From: an uncultured virus (IMG/VR IMGVR_UViG_3300021960_000026)
Lineage: Duplodnaviria > Heunggongvirae > Uroviricota > Caudoviricetes
Virus record (IMG/VR): IMGVR_UViG_3300021960_000026
Length of the DNA stretch: 61,077 bases
Strand: one strand, 5' to 3'
Position numbers and translations under genes: made by a program. Below the pieces are notes generated by a model. The model did not search any database. It saw nothing but the letters and a program-made list of their open reading frames with translations, and was not told the DNA's origin. Shown piece by piece: positions 39,979 through 50,336 of the stretch. Each line of letters opens with the position of its first letter. The stretch's first letter is position 1.

Positions 39979-40874
39979 TGGCAAATATTTTCGCAAGTGA
40001 CCTCAACACGATTAGAACTAAAATTGCTGATGTCCTAGGACCAGGTGCCAATACCTTTGGTTATGGACAGACAGTTTATAGTTCAGCAGTTACATCTGGA
40101 CAGTTGATCGAAAAAACAAACTGGGACGCAGTTCGATTTGATATTGTAAATGCGTATATCCATCAAACAGGAAATACTCCTAGTACAATTATAGTAAGCA
40201 CGGCCGATACAATTAACGATGATGCCAGTGGAGCATATCAAAATTATGATTATTATGCTGATGTTCTAAGAAATAATAGATTTGATGTAGCAACAGGACA
40301 ATATACGATCTCGGCAATTGATTCAAAATCAACAACTGCAACATGGAACACAACTGCATCTTCCGAACTTACAATTACATTTGGTTCATCGGTAGAAGCA
40401 AGATACTTTTTTAACTCGGGAGGAGCGATTAGAGTATCAAGTTCGCTTACCGGAGGAACAACAGCACAGGCAAATGCTTGGACCAATCTATTATTATCAG
40501 CCGGAGATCAGGATTTCGTCGGCGACTTAATAGCATCCAATGGATTTTATACACTAACTAATTCATATCAATCATATTATTCTATTGCTGCCAGTACTCC
40601 ATACAGTGCAAATACATATAGATTAAGAGCAAAATGTGATGTTGCTGATAATTCTGCAGGAACTGCAACTATTGTTTATATACAGGCAGAATTGGTAGAT
40701 TCATACGTAGATCCGGGACCAGGAGGTCCTCCATATACAGGAGATCTTGTAGATGGAACACTAGTAATAACAGCACAAGAACTAAGAGCAACAGGAACAT
40801 TGCAACCAACAGGTGATCCTTTCACAGTAAATCCGCCAGATTCTTACAGCATGTCAACAATTAGTGTCACGTAA
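39978..40874 (+). CDS. Virion structural protein (paralog of 40907-41893)
   Basis: GYGQTV.SS, RFDI.N, ARYFFNSGG motifs shared with next gene. Confidence 0.6.
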   Translation: MANIFASDLNTIRTKIADVLGPGANTFGYGQTVYSSAVTSGQLIEKTNWDAVRFDIVNAYIHQTGNTPSTIIVSTADTINDDASGAYQNYDYYADVLRNNRFDVATGQYTISAIDSKSTTATWNTTASSELTITFGSSVEARYFFNSGGAIRVSSSLTGGTTAQANAWTNLLLSAGDQDFVGDLIASNGFYTLTNSYQSYYSIAASTPYSANTYRLRAKCDVADNSAGTATIVYIQAELVDSYVDPGPGGPPYTGDLVDGTLVITAQELRATGTLQPTGDPFTVNPPDSYSMSTISVT

Positions 40875-40906
40875 TTCTTTACCGATAAATACGTTTGAGG
40901 TAGATT

Positions 40907-41893
40907 ATGGCTGGTATTAATACAAAAATAGACAAAGACGATTATAACGCTATTCAGTCGGTTATTGCTAGAATTTTGGGAGTTGGATCTGCTAACAGCG
41001 GATACGGACAAACAGTACTCAGTTCGCAAGTAACGGTTTCTGACGCAGTAACGGTTAATGAATATGCTGCACTTCGTTATGATATCATTAATGTAAATAA
41101 ACACATCTTCAATGCAACTCCATCTGGAATAAATGATCAAACCATTGGAGCAAAAGTTAGATATGATGCTGCCAATGCCCCTATTAACTATTGGCTTTCT
41201 ATTGCAAACTCACTAGACACTGTACGTTTAACACTTGCTCCTGCAGGACAGCGTGTTTCGATAAATCACGGAACAAACACTTTTACGGGTGCTTGGGGTT
41301 CCAACACCAATCCACAATTGGCATGCGTAGTGACATGTGAGTGGACAAACAGTGAACAGGCTAGATTCTTTTTTAATTCAGGAAGTTCGATTCAATTTAC
41401 CAGTTCAAGAACGGGCGGTTCCTCAACGGCACAGAACACTTCATGGACCACTTTATTAAGCACCGCTGGTGCTAGGATTTTTGGTGGAGCAACACCAGGA
41501 ACAGGAACTTCACCTGCTGATGGACAAAATTTCTTTAGGTTAACTGATGCAGGTCAAACTTGGAGCAATGTTGTTGCTTCGTCTCCTTATTCATTAAATG
41601 AATTTTCAATCACTGCTGAAACAGATGATACTCCTGTTGTATCAAACAACAGCGCAGGAACTTCAAAAAAATTAAGGTTTGAAGTTTTTTGGAACGATAA
41701 CCACTTTCCACTAGGTGGAGATTCAGCATCAGGAACACCAGTACAGCCAGGCACATTTGGTCCGGATACTGTTGACGGAACAGTCTCGCTGACAGTCCAA
41801 ACAGTCAAGGCTTCTGGTGTTTTGGAACCAACAGGTTCTGGCAATTTTACTATCGAAACTCCAACAGTTACGATAGGTCCTATTACTAATTAA
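40907..41893 (+). CDS. Virion structural protein (paralog of 39978-40874)
   Basis: GYGQTVLSS, RYDIIN, ARFFFNSGS; ATAAATA at 40885-40891. Confidence 0.6.
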   Translation: MAGINTKIDKDDYNAIQSVIARILGVGSANSGYGQTVLSSQVTVSDAVTVNEYAALRYDIINVNKHIFNATPSGINDQTIGAKVRYDAANAPINYWLSIANSLDTVRLTLAPAGQRVSINHGTNTFTGAWGSNTNPQLACVVTCEWTNSEQARFFFNSGSSIQFTSSRTGGSSTAQNTSWTTLLSTAGARIFGGATPGTGTSPADGQNFFRLTDAGQTWSNVVASSPYSLNEFSITAETDDTPVVSNNSAGTSKKLRFEVFWNDNHFPLGGDSASGTPVQPGTFGPDTVDGTVSLTVQTVKASGVLEPTGSGNFTIETPTVTIGPITN

Positions 41894-41917
41894 TTTTTCG
41901 CACCCTTTCAACCCTCG

Positions 41918-41924
41918 ATAAATA
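41918..41924 (+). promoter_or_regulatory. Putative late promoter heading the glycan cluster
   Basis: CGATAAATA, same context as 38203 and 40883; AGGAGG RBS follows. Confidence 0.6.
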
Positions 41925-41952
41925 ATATGCTACTATAATTATAGGAGGTATT

Positions 41953-42303
41953 ATGCAAGAGGAATTCCAAAAAGCATTGGATTTTTCTAACTATAGAAAA
42001 ACATTTGCTATTCAGAGAAAAACCCTTAAAGAAAAAATTGAAGCCAAATTAACCTACGGCCATAACGGAGGTGTCTTCAAGATTGATAGAACACTTCTTA
42101 ACTTTGTGGAAATGTTAATCTACAAAGACAGATCTGAAGATGTTGTGGTTTTGGATGCAAATGAAAATCCAATCCTTATAAAAAATTTGGTAGAGTTCAG
42201 AGAAGAAATATTTGACAGATACTTTACAGCAACTAATGAGTATTTTGAAGAATATCAAAAAATTAAAAAAGCGAGATCAGTAGAATCTCTATTGGAAGTA
42301 TAA
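41953..42303 (+). CDS. Hypothetical protein
   Basis: 116-aa ORF with strong RBS. Confidence 0.7.
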   Translation: MQEEFQKALDFSNYRKTFAIQRKTLKEKIEAKLTYGHNGGVFKIDRTLLNFVEMLIYKDRSEDVVVLDANENPILIKNLVEFREEIFDRYFTATNEYFEEYQKIKKARSVESLLEV

Positions 42304-42306
42304 CAA

Positions 42307-43164
42307 ATGAATAAGGGTGTAATCCTATTTGCTCACAACAATAGGCAGATTGATTATGCCTTGATGAGCCTCCTAACAGCAAAATTAGCAAAGAAACATT
42401 TAGAAGTTCCTGTGAGTTTAATAACTGATCCTTCAACGATTGATTGGATGAAGGAATCGGATATTCTTAAAAAAGCAACTGAAACCTTTGAACAGATAAT
42501 AATTACCCAGCGTCCGGAAGATGGCAATATGAGAAATTTTGCCGACGGTAAGAATATTAATCCTGCACCATTTAGTAACGGTAATAGATTTTCTGCTTAT
42601 GATCTTACTCCGTATGATAGAACGCTATTGATCGATACGGATTATCTAATATTGTCTAAAAATCTAAACGAGTATTGGGATGTTGATAGCGACTTATTAA
42701 TGTCTCCTAAGTACAATGATATCATAGGCAAGGAAAGAATAGGATACTTAGATTCACACATATCGGAAACCGGAGTCGAAATGTATTGGGCAACAACGGT
42801 AATGTTTACAAAAAATGAATATACCAAGATGTTTTTTGACCTAGTGGAATACATTAAAACAGAATATAAAATGTTTGCAGATGTTTTTAGATTTGATCCT
42901 AGAGTTTATAGAAATGACATATCCTTTAGCATCGCTAAACACATTCTCAACGGTTATCAAAAAGTAAACGAATACAACCTTCCTGATGTGTTTTCAACAA
43001 CAGACAAGGATATTTTACACAGCATATCTGAAAATAAATTACAATTTTTAGTTTCTGACAAGGATAATTTTATCGCTGCTTCAGTTAACAACAAAGATGT
43101 GCATGTCATGAATAAGTTTAGCATAGTTCGCAATTACGAAAAGTTAATGGAGTTAGCAGAATGA
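42307..43164 (+). CDS. GT-A-fold glycosyltransferase-like protein
   Basis: LTPYDRTLLIDTDY DxD motif, RND, late His (HVMNK). Confidence 0.6.
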   Translation: MNKGVILFAHNNRQIDYALMSLLTAKLAKKHLEVPVSLITDPSTIDWMKESDILKKATETFEQIIITQRPEDGNMRNFADGKNINPAPFSNGNRFSAYDLTPYDRTLLIDTDYLILSKNLNEYWDVDSDLLMSPKYNDIIGKERIGYLDSHISETGVEMYWATTVMFTKNEYTKMFFDLVEYIKTEYKMFADVFRFDPRVYRNDISFSIAKHILNGYQKVNEYNLPDVFSTTDKDILHSISENKLQFLVSDKDNFIAASVNNKDVHVMNKFSIVRNYEKLMELAE

Positions 43165-44003
43165 CATTTGGATATCTATTAGTTGTGTCGGAAAAGGATG
43201 ATACCAATTATGCAAGGCTCGCATATGCTCTTGCTCTGAGCATTAAGAATACACAAAAAGAAGGATACGACAAGGTAGCACTAGTAATTAATGATAAGAA
43301 AAGGCTAGAAGGATTTACTTCAACGTGGGTATTTGACGAAATTATCGAATGGGATGGAGCAGAATTTTGGGACGGTAGATCTCATATGGATTTATTAAGT
43401 CCTTGGGATCAAACAATATGCCTTGATGCCGATATGCTGTTCCTTAGAGACTACAGTCACTGGGCTGAATATTTTATTAAGAATAGCGAATTATATGTTG
43501 CCAACAAATCCTATACCTATCGAGGAGAAGTCGTAACTGATGATTATTACAGAAAAACTTTTTTAGCGAACGAATTGCCTAATTTATATTCCTTTTACAC
43601 ATTCTTTGTTAAGGACAGCCAGTTGGCTAAAGAATTTTTTAACTTGCAAAGAGAAATTATTAAAAATCCTAAGGAGTTTAGTAATCTATTCCTAAACAAT
43701 TATAAACCCAAGATTGTAGGAACCGACGAAGCATTTGCGTTAGCAGCCAAGATACTAGACATATCAGATCAGATTTCATATGATTTAGAATTTCCTAGAG
43801 TCGTACACATGAAAGGCATGATACAAAAGTGGCCTTACCCTGCGGATAGTTGTTATGATCACATTGGATTTTATTTTAATAGACAGGGTAAATTAAAACT
43901 AGGAAACTTTGAACAAACTGATATTGTCCACTACGTAGATAAGGACAAGATCACTCTAGAAACAATAAACATATTGGAGGAAATAGCATGGAAGAAAAAC
44001 TAA
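43161..44003 (+). CDS. GT-A-fold glycosyltransferase-like protein (paralog of previous)
   Basis: LSPWDQTICLDADML, GTDEAF, VHMK. Confidence 0.6.
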   Translation: MTFGYLLVVSEKDDTNYARLAYALALSIKNTQKEGYDKVALVINDKKRLEGFTSTWVFDEIIEWDGAEFWDGRSHMDLLSPWDQTICLDADMLFLRDYSHWAEYFIKNSELYVANKSYTYRGEVVTDDYYRKTFLANELPNLYSFYTFFVKDSQLAKEFFNLQREIIKNPKEFSNLFLNNYKPKIVGTDEAFALAAKILDISDQISYDLEFPRVVHMKGMIQKWPYPADSCYDHIGFYFNRQGKLKLGNFEQTDIVHYVDKDKITLETINILEEIAWKKN

Positions 44004-44632
44004 AACTTCCGGATTTTGACGAGTGGATCAAGAACTACAAACCGGAGCCGGTAGTTTATTGTGCTGCTTTTGATCCAGAATCAGGAAAGGTATTAGCAGT
44101 AGGTCCTAATCACGCCGTTAATGAAAAACAATATAGCAATGTAATAGAATTAGATTCTGACGTTGCTGAAAAAATTATATCTGGTGATATAAGGATGAGC
44201 AAGTGTTTTGTTGATCCACACGAAGGAAAACTAGAAATAGTAGAAGTAAAAGACCTATTTAAGATTGACGATATGTTGCACAGAATTATTGTCAAGGAAT
44301 GGTCAGACATTAAGAAGCCTGATATTCACTTGACACACTACGCTGATGGTAATACACTAATGATACAATTATCAGAAGAATATGGTGGAACATATAAGCA
44401 AGATGAGGAACACCAGCCAGTGGCAAAAAGAAAAATGTTTTGGGATGGTGATACGGTATTAGACTTTACTATAACTGATTACAATGATCCTAATGTTATT
44501 GCTGATAACTTTAGCATTAAAATTAACGAATTAGTTGGAAACAAAGTTATTAAGTCCGAACTAAACATTCCAACATATTTTAGTGTATACACTAGAAGAC
44601 TATTTAAAAATTACATGATTGAGGAAAAATGA
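43988..44632 (+). CDS. Hypothetical protein in glycan cluster
   Basis: 214-aa ORF overlapping both neighbours. Confidence 0.65.
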   Translation: MEEKLKLPDFDEWIKNYKPEPVVYCAAFDPESGKVLAVGPNHAVNEKQYSNVIELDSDVAEKIISGDIRMSKCFVDPHEGKLEIVEVKDLFKIDDMLHRIIVKEWSDIKKPDIHLTHYADGNTLMIQLSEEYGGTYKQDEEHQPVAKRKMFWDGDTVLDFTITDYNDPNVIADNFSIKINELVGNKVIKSELNIPTYFSVYTRRLFKNYMIEEK

Positions 44633-45534
44633 AAAAAGTAGTTGAGTTTGATGTTTTCTTTTTGAGTTACGATGAGCCTAATGCAGATTTACATTACGCT
44701 GATCTATGTAACAAAGTGCCTTGGGCCAAAAGAATACACGGTGTAAAGGGTTCTGACCACGCACACAAGGCAGCAGCAGAACAATCAGAAACTGATTGGG
44801 TTTTAACCGTTGATGCTGACAACATTGTATATCCAGAATTCTTTGACATAGAAATAGACATGGACAATCCGGACATTCGTGCATACAGTTGGTGTGGTCG
44901 CAACAATGTTAATGGCCTGCGCTATGGTAATGGCGGATTAAAACTGTGGAACAGAGATCATGTGCTTAATATGAAAACGCATGAAAACGCAGACAGTGAA
45001 AGAGCTCAGGTTGATTTTTGTTGGGAAGATGGTTATAGAAATTTTCCTAAAACATTTAGTGACACGGTAATTAATGCAACACCCTTTATGGCATGGCGTG
45101 CTGGATTTCGCGAAGGTGTAAAAATGACACTGGATGGCGGATTAAAGGTTCCTTCACAAGAAATTGAAAAACGTGTTTGGTGGCACAATATGCACAGGCT
45201 AAGAATGTGGAGCACAGTTGGAAGCCATGTTGAAAATGGTTTGTTTGCCGTATATGGAGCAAGGCTAGGAACATATCTTACAAACTGTACGGATTGGGAT
45301 CATGTTCAGGTTAGAGATTTTGAATCGTTACGTGAATTGTATAATGAACAGTGCAAGGATTATGAGGACGGCTTTGGACTTGAACAAGAAGTTAAAAGAT
45401 TAGGAAGTGAATTAAGACATGAACTAGGATTTAACTATCCCAACCTGGATCCGTCAATGAGCAAGTATGTTATGGATCTATACGAAGAATCAATTAATTT
45501 AGGAAAAACATACTTCAGTCAAACTTATGTATGA
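44629..45534 (+). CDS. GT-A-like glycosyltransferase
   Basis: FLSYDEPNAD, GVKGSDHAH, VDADN, YGNGGLKLW, AWRAGFREGVK. Confidence 0.6.
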   Translation: MKKVVEFDVFFLSYDEPNADLHYADLCNKVPWAKRIHGVKGSDHAHKAAAEQSETDWVLTVDADNIVYPEFFDIEIDMDNPDIRAYSWCGRNNVNGLRYGNGGLKLWNRDHVLNMKTHENADSERAQVDFCWEDGYRNFPKTFSDTVINATPFMAWRAGFREGVKMTLDGGLKVPSQEIEKRVWWHNMHRLRMWSTVGSHVENGLFAVYGARLGTYLTNCTDWDHVQVRDFESLRELYNEQCKDYEDGFGLEQEVKRLGSELRHELGFNYPNLDPSMSKYVMDLYEESINLGKTYFSQTYV

Positions 45535-46582
45535 TATATTTTTTGTCAGCAAGGAAAAAATTAATAATGATGCTTGGACGAGGTTCAAGCAATCAGTACC
45601 TCATGCACAAAAAATAGAAAATTGTGATACCTTTGAAAAGGTAGCAAACAAGTCTCTAACAAAACACTTCTGGGTAGTATGGGATAACATCACAGTCAAT
45701 CCTAATTTTGAATTTGATTATAGAATACCCGAGTGGGATGAAAAATATATTCACGTGTTTCGAAATGGTGCATACCATGATGGTATCTGCATATTTCCTA
45801 AACGTTCTAAGATACTCCAGAGGGAGTGGGACTATCGATTCTTTACCAACAAGAAAGAAATGGACACAACAGCAAGCCAGCCCATTCCATACGATGTTGC
45901 TTTCATATCATATCATGAGGAGCATGCGGAAGAGAATTTTAATAAGTTATTAAAGAAAGCACCGCATGCACAATGGACACGTGATGTCAAGGGCATACAC
46001 CAAGCACACATAGAAGCAGCAAGGCGTGCAACCACGGACATGTTTTACATAGTTGATGCTGATGCTGACGTGTTGGAAGATTTTCAATTTGACATGCAGA
46101 TTCCCTACTATGATTTTAATGCGAGAAAGAGCGTGTATGTTTGGCGCAGCAGGAATCCAATCACTGATTTGGAATATGGCTATGGTGGTGTTAAACTGTT
46201 TCCCAGAGAAGCAACGCTTAACATGGACACGGATACTCCGGACATGACCACTAGCCTTTCTGACAGTTTCCGTGCAATGGAACAAGTAAGTAACATAACA
46301 GCATTTAACACGGATGCATTCTCTACCTGGAAGAGCGCATTTAGAGAATGCTGTAAGTTGGCAAGTAGAACCATAAGGGGACAAAATGATGATGAAACGG
46401 ATCAAAGACTTAGCAAGTGGTGTTCGGACTATGGACGCGACAGACCTTTTGGCGACTATGCAATCAATGGTGCCCGTGCTGGCAGGGTTTATGGTGTGGC
46501 TAATAGTGCTGATCCTGATGCTCTTCGGTTGATAAATGATTTTGATTGGTTAAAGGAACAGTTTGATGCAGGACAAAGATAG
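45527..46582 (+). CDS. GT-A-like glycosyltransferase with duplicated degenerate N-terminal domain
   Basis: YDIFFVS then YDVAFISYHE, VDADA, YGYGGVKLF, WKSAFRECCKL; paralog of previous. Confidence 0.6.
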   Translation: MYDIFFVSKEKINNDAWTRFKQSVPHAQKIENCDTFEKVANKSLTKHFWVVWDNITVNPNFEFDYRIPEWDEKYIHVFRNGAYHDGICIFPKRSKILQREWDYRFFTNKKEMDTTASQPIPYDVAFISYHEEHAEENFNKLLKKAPHAQWTRDVKGIHQAHIEAARRATTDMFYIVDADADVLEDFQFDMQIPYYDFNARKSVYVWRSRNPITDLEYGYGGVKLFPREATLNMDTDTPDMTTSLSDSFRAMEQVSNITAFNTDAFSTWKSAFRECCKLASRTIRGQNDDETDQRLSKWCSDYGRDRPFGDYAINGARAGRVYGVANSADPDALRLINDFDWLKEQFDAGQR

Positions 46583-47930
46583 AATAGAAAAATTCATACC
46601 CATTATGGAGGAGATATCTCCTACATTCTGCTTGGCCAAATGGCACCACACGACCATCTATTTACAAACAGGTGAAACACACAGTTGTTATCATCCTGCA
46701 CCGCACGCAATACCAATACCAGGACTTGAGGAGAATCCAAGTCAACTGCACAATACTCCGCAGAAAAAAGCAGAGCGCAAGGAAATGCTTGAAGGCAAGA
46801 AGCCAAGCGGATGCCAATACTGCTGGAACATTGAATGCATGGGCAAGGATTACATAAGTGATAGGAAGGAAAGAAATGCAAGTATCTATACTGAAGAAAG
46901 ATTTGCTGCAATTAAGGCAGACCCTTTGGCTGATGTTAATCCGCAGTATGTAGAAATATCATTTGGTAATGAGTGTAACTTCAAGTGCGGCTACTGCCAT
47001 CCTAAGCACAGTTCAGCATACCACAAGGAAATACGTGACCACGGTCCATACACGATGGTCAAGAATCATCGCAATGACATTGATTGGTTCAAGGTATATG
47101 AGGAAGAGGATAATCCATACGTTAAGGCATTCTGGAAGTGGTGGCCCGAACTGCGCAAGACTCTTACGATATTGAGAATAACGGGCGGCGAGCCTCTGCT
47201 ACAGCAGAGCACGTGGCGCATGTTTGAAGAACTTGAAAAGAATCCAATGCCAAATCTTGAACTAAACATTAATTCAAACTTTGGTGTAAAGCCCTTACTG
47301 ATAGAACGCTTTGCGGACAAGGTTAATAACCTAGTAGAAAAAGGTTGTATCAAGGAGTTTAAGGTATTCACTAGCATGGATACTTGGGGTCCACAGGCCG
47401 AATACATTAGAACTGGATTGGATTTAGAATTGTGGGAACGCAATCTTGACACATACATGACCAAGACTAATATGCCGTTAACATTCATGATTACGTTTAA
47501 TATTCTAACTGTAACAAACTTTAACAAACTGCTTAAAAAGATTCTTGAATGGCGTGTAAAATATAATATTGACGATCAAACTAAGTGGCAACGTATAAGA
47601 TTTGATACTCCGTATTTAAAGGAACCTTTACAGTACGATATGAACATACTGCCCAAGGACGAGTTTATACCTTATATGGAATCGCATCTACAGTTTATTA
47701 AGAACAATTTAGATGATTTTAACAAACACAAGTTTTCAGAACTAGAATATGAAAAGTTTCGACGTGTGGTTGATTACATGGCATCAACTGATTATACTGT
47801 TGAAAAATTAACGGAAGGTAGAAAAGATTTTTATAATTGGTTTACAGAATATGATCGAAGAAGAGATCTTGACTTTGTTAAGACCTTTCCTGAATTAGAG
47901 AACTTTTATTATGACTGCCGAACCGTCTAA
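46566..47930 (+). CDS. Radical SAM protein with N-terminal twitch/SPASM-like Cys cluster
   Basis: CNFKCGYC, TGGEP, N-terminal C...CYH...CQYC. Confidence 0.85.
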   Translation: MQDKDRIEKFIPIMEEISPTFCLAKWHHTTIYLQTGETHSCYHPAPHAIPIPGLEENPSQLHNTPQKKAERKEMLEGKKPSGCQYCWNIECMGKDYISDRKERNASIYTEERFAAIKADPLADVNPQYVEISFGNECNFKCGYCHPKHSSAYHKEIRDHGPYTMVKNHRNDIDWFKVYEEEDNPYVKAFWKWWPELRKTLTILRITGGEPLLQQSTWRMFEELEKNPMPNLELNINSNFGVKPLLIERFADKVNNLVEKGCIKEFKVFTSMDTWGPQAEYIRTGLDLELWERNLDTYMTKTNMPLTFMITFNILTVTNFNKLLKKILEWRVKYNIDDQTKWQRIRFDTPYLKEPLQYDMNILPKDEFIPYMESHLQFIKNNLDDFNKHKFSELEYEKFRRVVDYMASTDYTVEKLTEGRKDFYNWFTEYDRRRDLDFVKTFPELENFYYDCRTV

Positions 47931-49095
47931 AACATTTTGTATATTGCCCTGGATACACATATATGCCAACCCAGATGGTAATGTATTGCCTTGTTGTATA
48001 GGAGATTGGAATAAACCTCTAGGAAACATACAGAATAATACTCTTGATCAAGTCTTTAATAACAATAAATTTAAAAAGATGAGACAGAACATGCTGCAAG
48101 GAAAGCAATGTGCAGAGTGTTCCGTTTGTTACAGAGATGAAGCAACCGGTAATTCTAGTTTTAGAATACATTCTAACGAACAGTTTTCAAAATATATCCC
48201 CCAAGCATTAGAAACTAATCCAGATGGTTCACTAAAAGATTTTAAATTAAGATACTTGGATATAAGATGGAGTAATATATGCAATTTTAGTTGCAGGTCC
48301 TGTAGTAGCACATATTCATCTAGTTGGGCAAAGGAAGATGGCAAGAAAAATGTTTACATATTTGCCGGAGGAAACTCCAACGATGAATTGTATAATCAAT
48401 TTGAACCTCATTTTGATACAATAGAAGAATTTTATTTTGCAGGCGGAGAACCGTTATTAACTGATAAGCACTACGACATATTGGAATATCTTATTGAACA
48501 CAATAAAACAGACGTTAAGTTAAGATACAATTCTAATCTATCAGTATTAAGATACAAGGACAAGAACATATTAGAATTGTGGAACAAGTTTAATAATGTT
48601 TATGTCGGAGCGAGCCTGGATAGTTGGGGCAAGCGTGCTGAGTATATTAGGCACGGAACAAAATGGAATCTAATAGAGGATAACATCAATAGAATTAGAA
48701 AAGAAACACCGCATGTTAATCTTCAAACAAATACAGTTGTGTCAATATTTAATATACACACTCTTCCTGAATTTATAAACTATTTGATTGATAACAATCT
48801 AGTTGACATTAATAATTACAAACCTCATTTTTATAATATACAGAATCCAGATTTTTATAGTTTTAATATCTTAACTAACGACTTTAAAGAAAAAACTCTA
48901 ACAAAATTAAAAGAGTTTATGAATAATTCTTCGGATAATATAAAGTATGCTGTACAGGGTGTAATAAATGAACTTGAATCTTCGAAATATACACCTGAAT
49001 TAAAAAGCAAATTAGTTATTAAGACAGAATACTATGACATGCTAAGGAATGAAAACGTGTTAGAAACATTTCCAGAAATAACGGAGTTGTTTTAA
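47911..49095 (+). CDS. Radical SAM protein with N-terminal twitch/SPASM-like Cys cluster
   Basis: CNFSCRSC, AGGEP, N-terminal CILPW...PCC...CSVC. Confidence 0.85.
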   Translation: MTAEPSKTFCILPWIHIYANPDGNVLPCCIGDWNKPLGNIQNNTLDQVFNNNKFKKMRQNMLQGKQCAECSVCYRDEATGNSSFRIHSNEQFSKYIPQALETNPDGSLKDFKLRYLDIRWSNICNFSCRSCSSTYSSSWAKEDGKKNVYIFAGGNSNDELYNQFEPHFDTIEEFYFAGGEPLLTDKHYDILEYLIEHNKTDVKLRYNSNLSVLRYKDKNILELWNKFNNVYVGASLDSWGKRAEYIRHGTKWNLIEDNINRIRKETPHVNLQTNTVVSIFNIHTLPEFINYLIDNNLVDINNYKPHFYNIQNPDFYSFNILTNDFKEKTLTKLKEFMNNSSDNIKYAVQGVINELESSKYTPELKSKLVIKTEYYDMLRNENVLETFPEITELF

Positions 49096-50336
49096 TGAAA
49101 GCATATTTTGATAACCTTAATCTAAATGAGTCTAATTGTAGACATTTAGAATCCACAAAGGAAACAGATAATTGGTATGTTGCTCCAGGTTCGATGATTA
49201 AGAAGAACTTATCAGCATTACAAATAGAAATGGATACCCTAGATAATCTTACAGATCCAGGTTGGTACTATGTTGATGTTAGGAATGATCCTAACTGGTG
49301 GTCAGGAGCAATCGATCCGACAGGTGCTGTAGGAGTAGTACCCACTAAGCACGTTATAGAATGCTTGCCTAATAATGTTCTAAATCTAGTAAGAGAAAAG
49401 AAACTAAGATTAGTAATTGCTGCTGACAGAGAAGGTGGTCCAATGGTATGTGAGCATTACGATGCCTTTAGAGAGACGCATAATGTTATAGTTAGATTAA
49501 ACTTGCCTAAACACTCAATTCTAATAACCCAAGGAAATAAAAAGATAGAAAGGCAGTATGAACAATGGTGCAAGGATAATAGCGTAGATAATATCTATGA
49601 AGTTATGTATAGCAATCATTTCGACAAGATTTTTATTGATTCAAATCTTCCCACAGATCTAATAGTAAAGGAATCCATAGCCAATAACGATAGCAAGGAC
49701 TTTAACAGCCTAAACAGAGTTTACAGACCTCAGCGTGGCGCACATCTATATAAGTTAATTGAGGATAATGTGCTAGACAAAGGAATCGTAAGCGGTAATG
49801 ATATAAGACTGAACGATCAAGCAACTGAATTTTTAGTAGGTGATTATTTAAAATTACAGGATTATTTTCCTAAGTTTGTTGACGGAGATTGGTCAGTTAA
49901 CAATGCTGCAAATCAATATAACATTGACATATACAAAAACAGTCTAATGACAGTAGTAACGGAAACAATGTTCATGGATGATGTTGCGTTTATTACGGAA
50001 AAGATATTTAAGCCCATAGTATTAGGACATCCTTTAATATTGTTTGCTTCTGTGGGCACGCTAGATTGTTTAGAAGAAATGGGTTTCAAAACTAATTGGT
50101 GCGGCATTGATCCTAAATACAATCAAATCGAAAACGACAAGGAAAGATTTAATGCAACACATCAAGTATTGTTGGATTGGATCAAACTCTCCAGAGAAGA
50201 AAAAATTAATAGAATACAAGATAGTTACGATATAATGAAACATAATTTTGATTTAATTAGAAGCAGAAACTTTTATCATGAATCATTGAAAAATGTTATC
50301 AAGAGTTGCAAGGATTATTTTAATGAAACCGTTTAA
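49095..50336 (+). CDS. Putative GT-B/GT10-like glycosyltransferase
   Basis: LNR..R..R and VTET...FITEKIFKPIVLGHP, like the ITEK motif of alpha-1,3-fucosyltransferases. Confidence 0.45.
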   Translation: MKAYFDNLNLNESNCRHLESTKETDNWYVAPGSMIKKNLSALQIEMDTLDNLTDPGWYYVDVRNDPNWWSGAIDPTGAVGVVPTKHVIECLPNNVLNLVREKKLRLVIAADREGGPMVCEHYDAFRETHNVIVRLNLPKHSILITQGNKKIERQYEQWCKDNSVDNIYEVMYSNHFDKIFIDSNLPTDLIVKESIANNDSKDFNSLNRVYRPQRGAHLYKLIEDNVLDKGIVSGNDIRLNDQATEFLVGDYLKLQDYFPKFVDGDWSVNNAANQYNIDIYKNSLMTVVTETMFMDDVAFITEKIFKPIVLGHPLILFASVGTLDCLEEMGFKTNWCGIDPKYNQIENDKERFNATHQVLLDWIKLSREEKINRIQDSYDIMKHNFDLIRSRNFYHESLKNVIKSCKDYFNETV

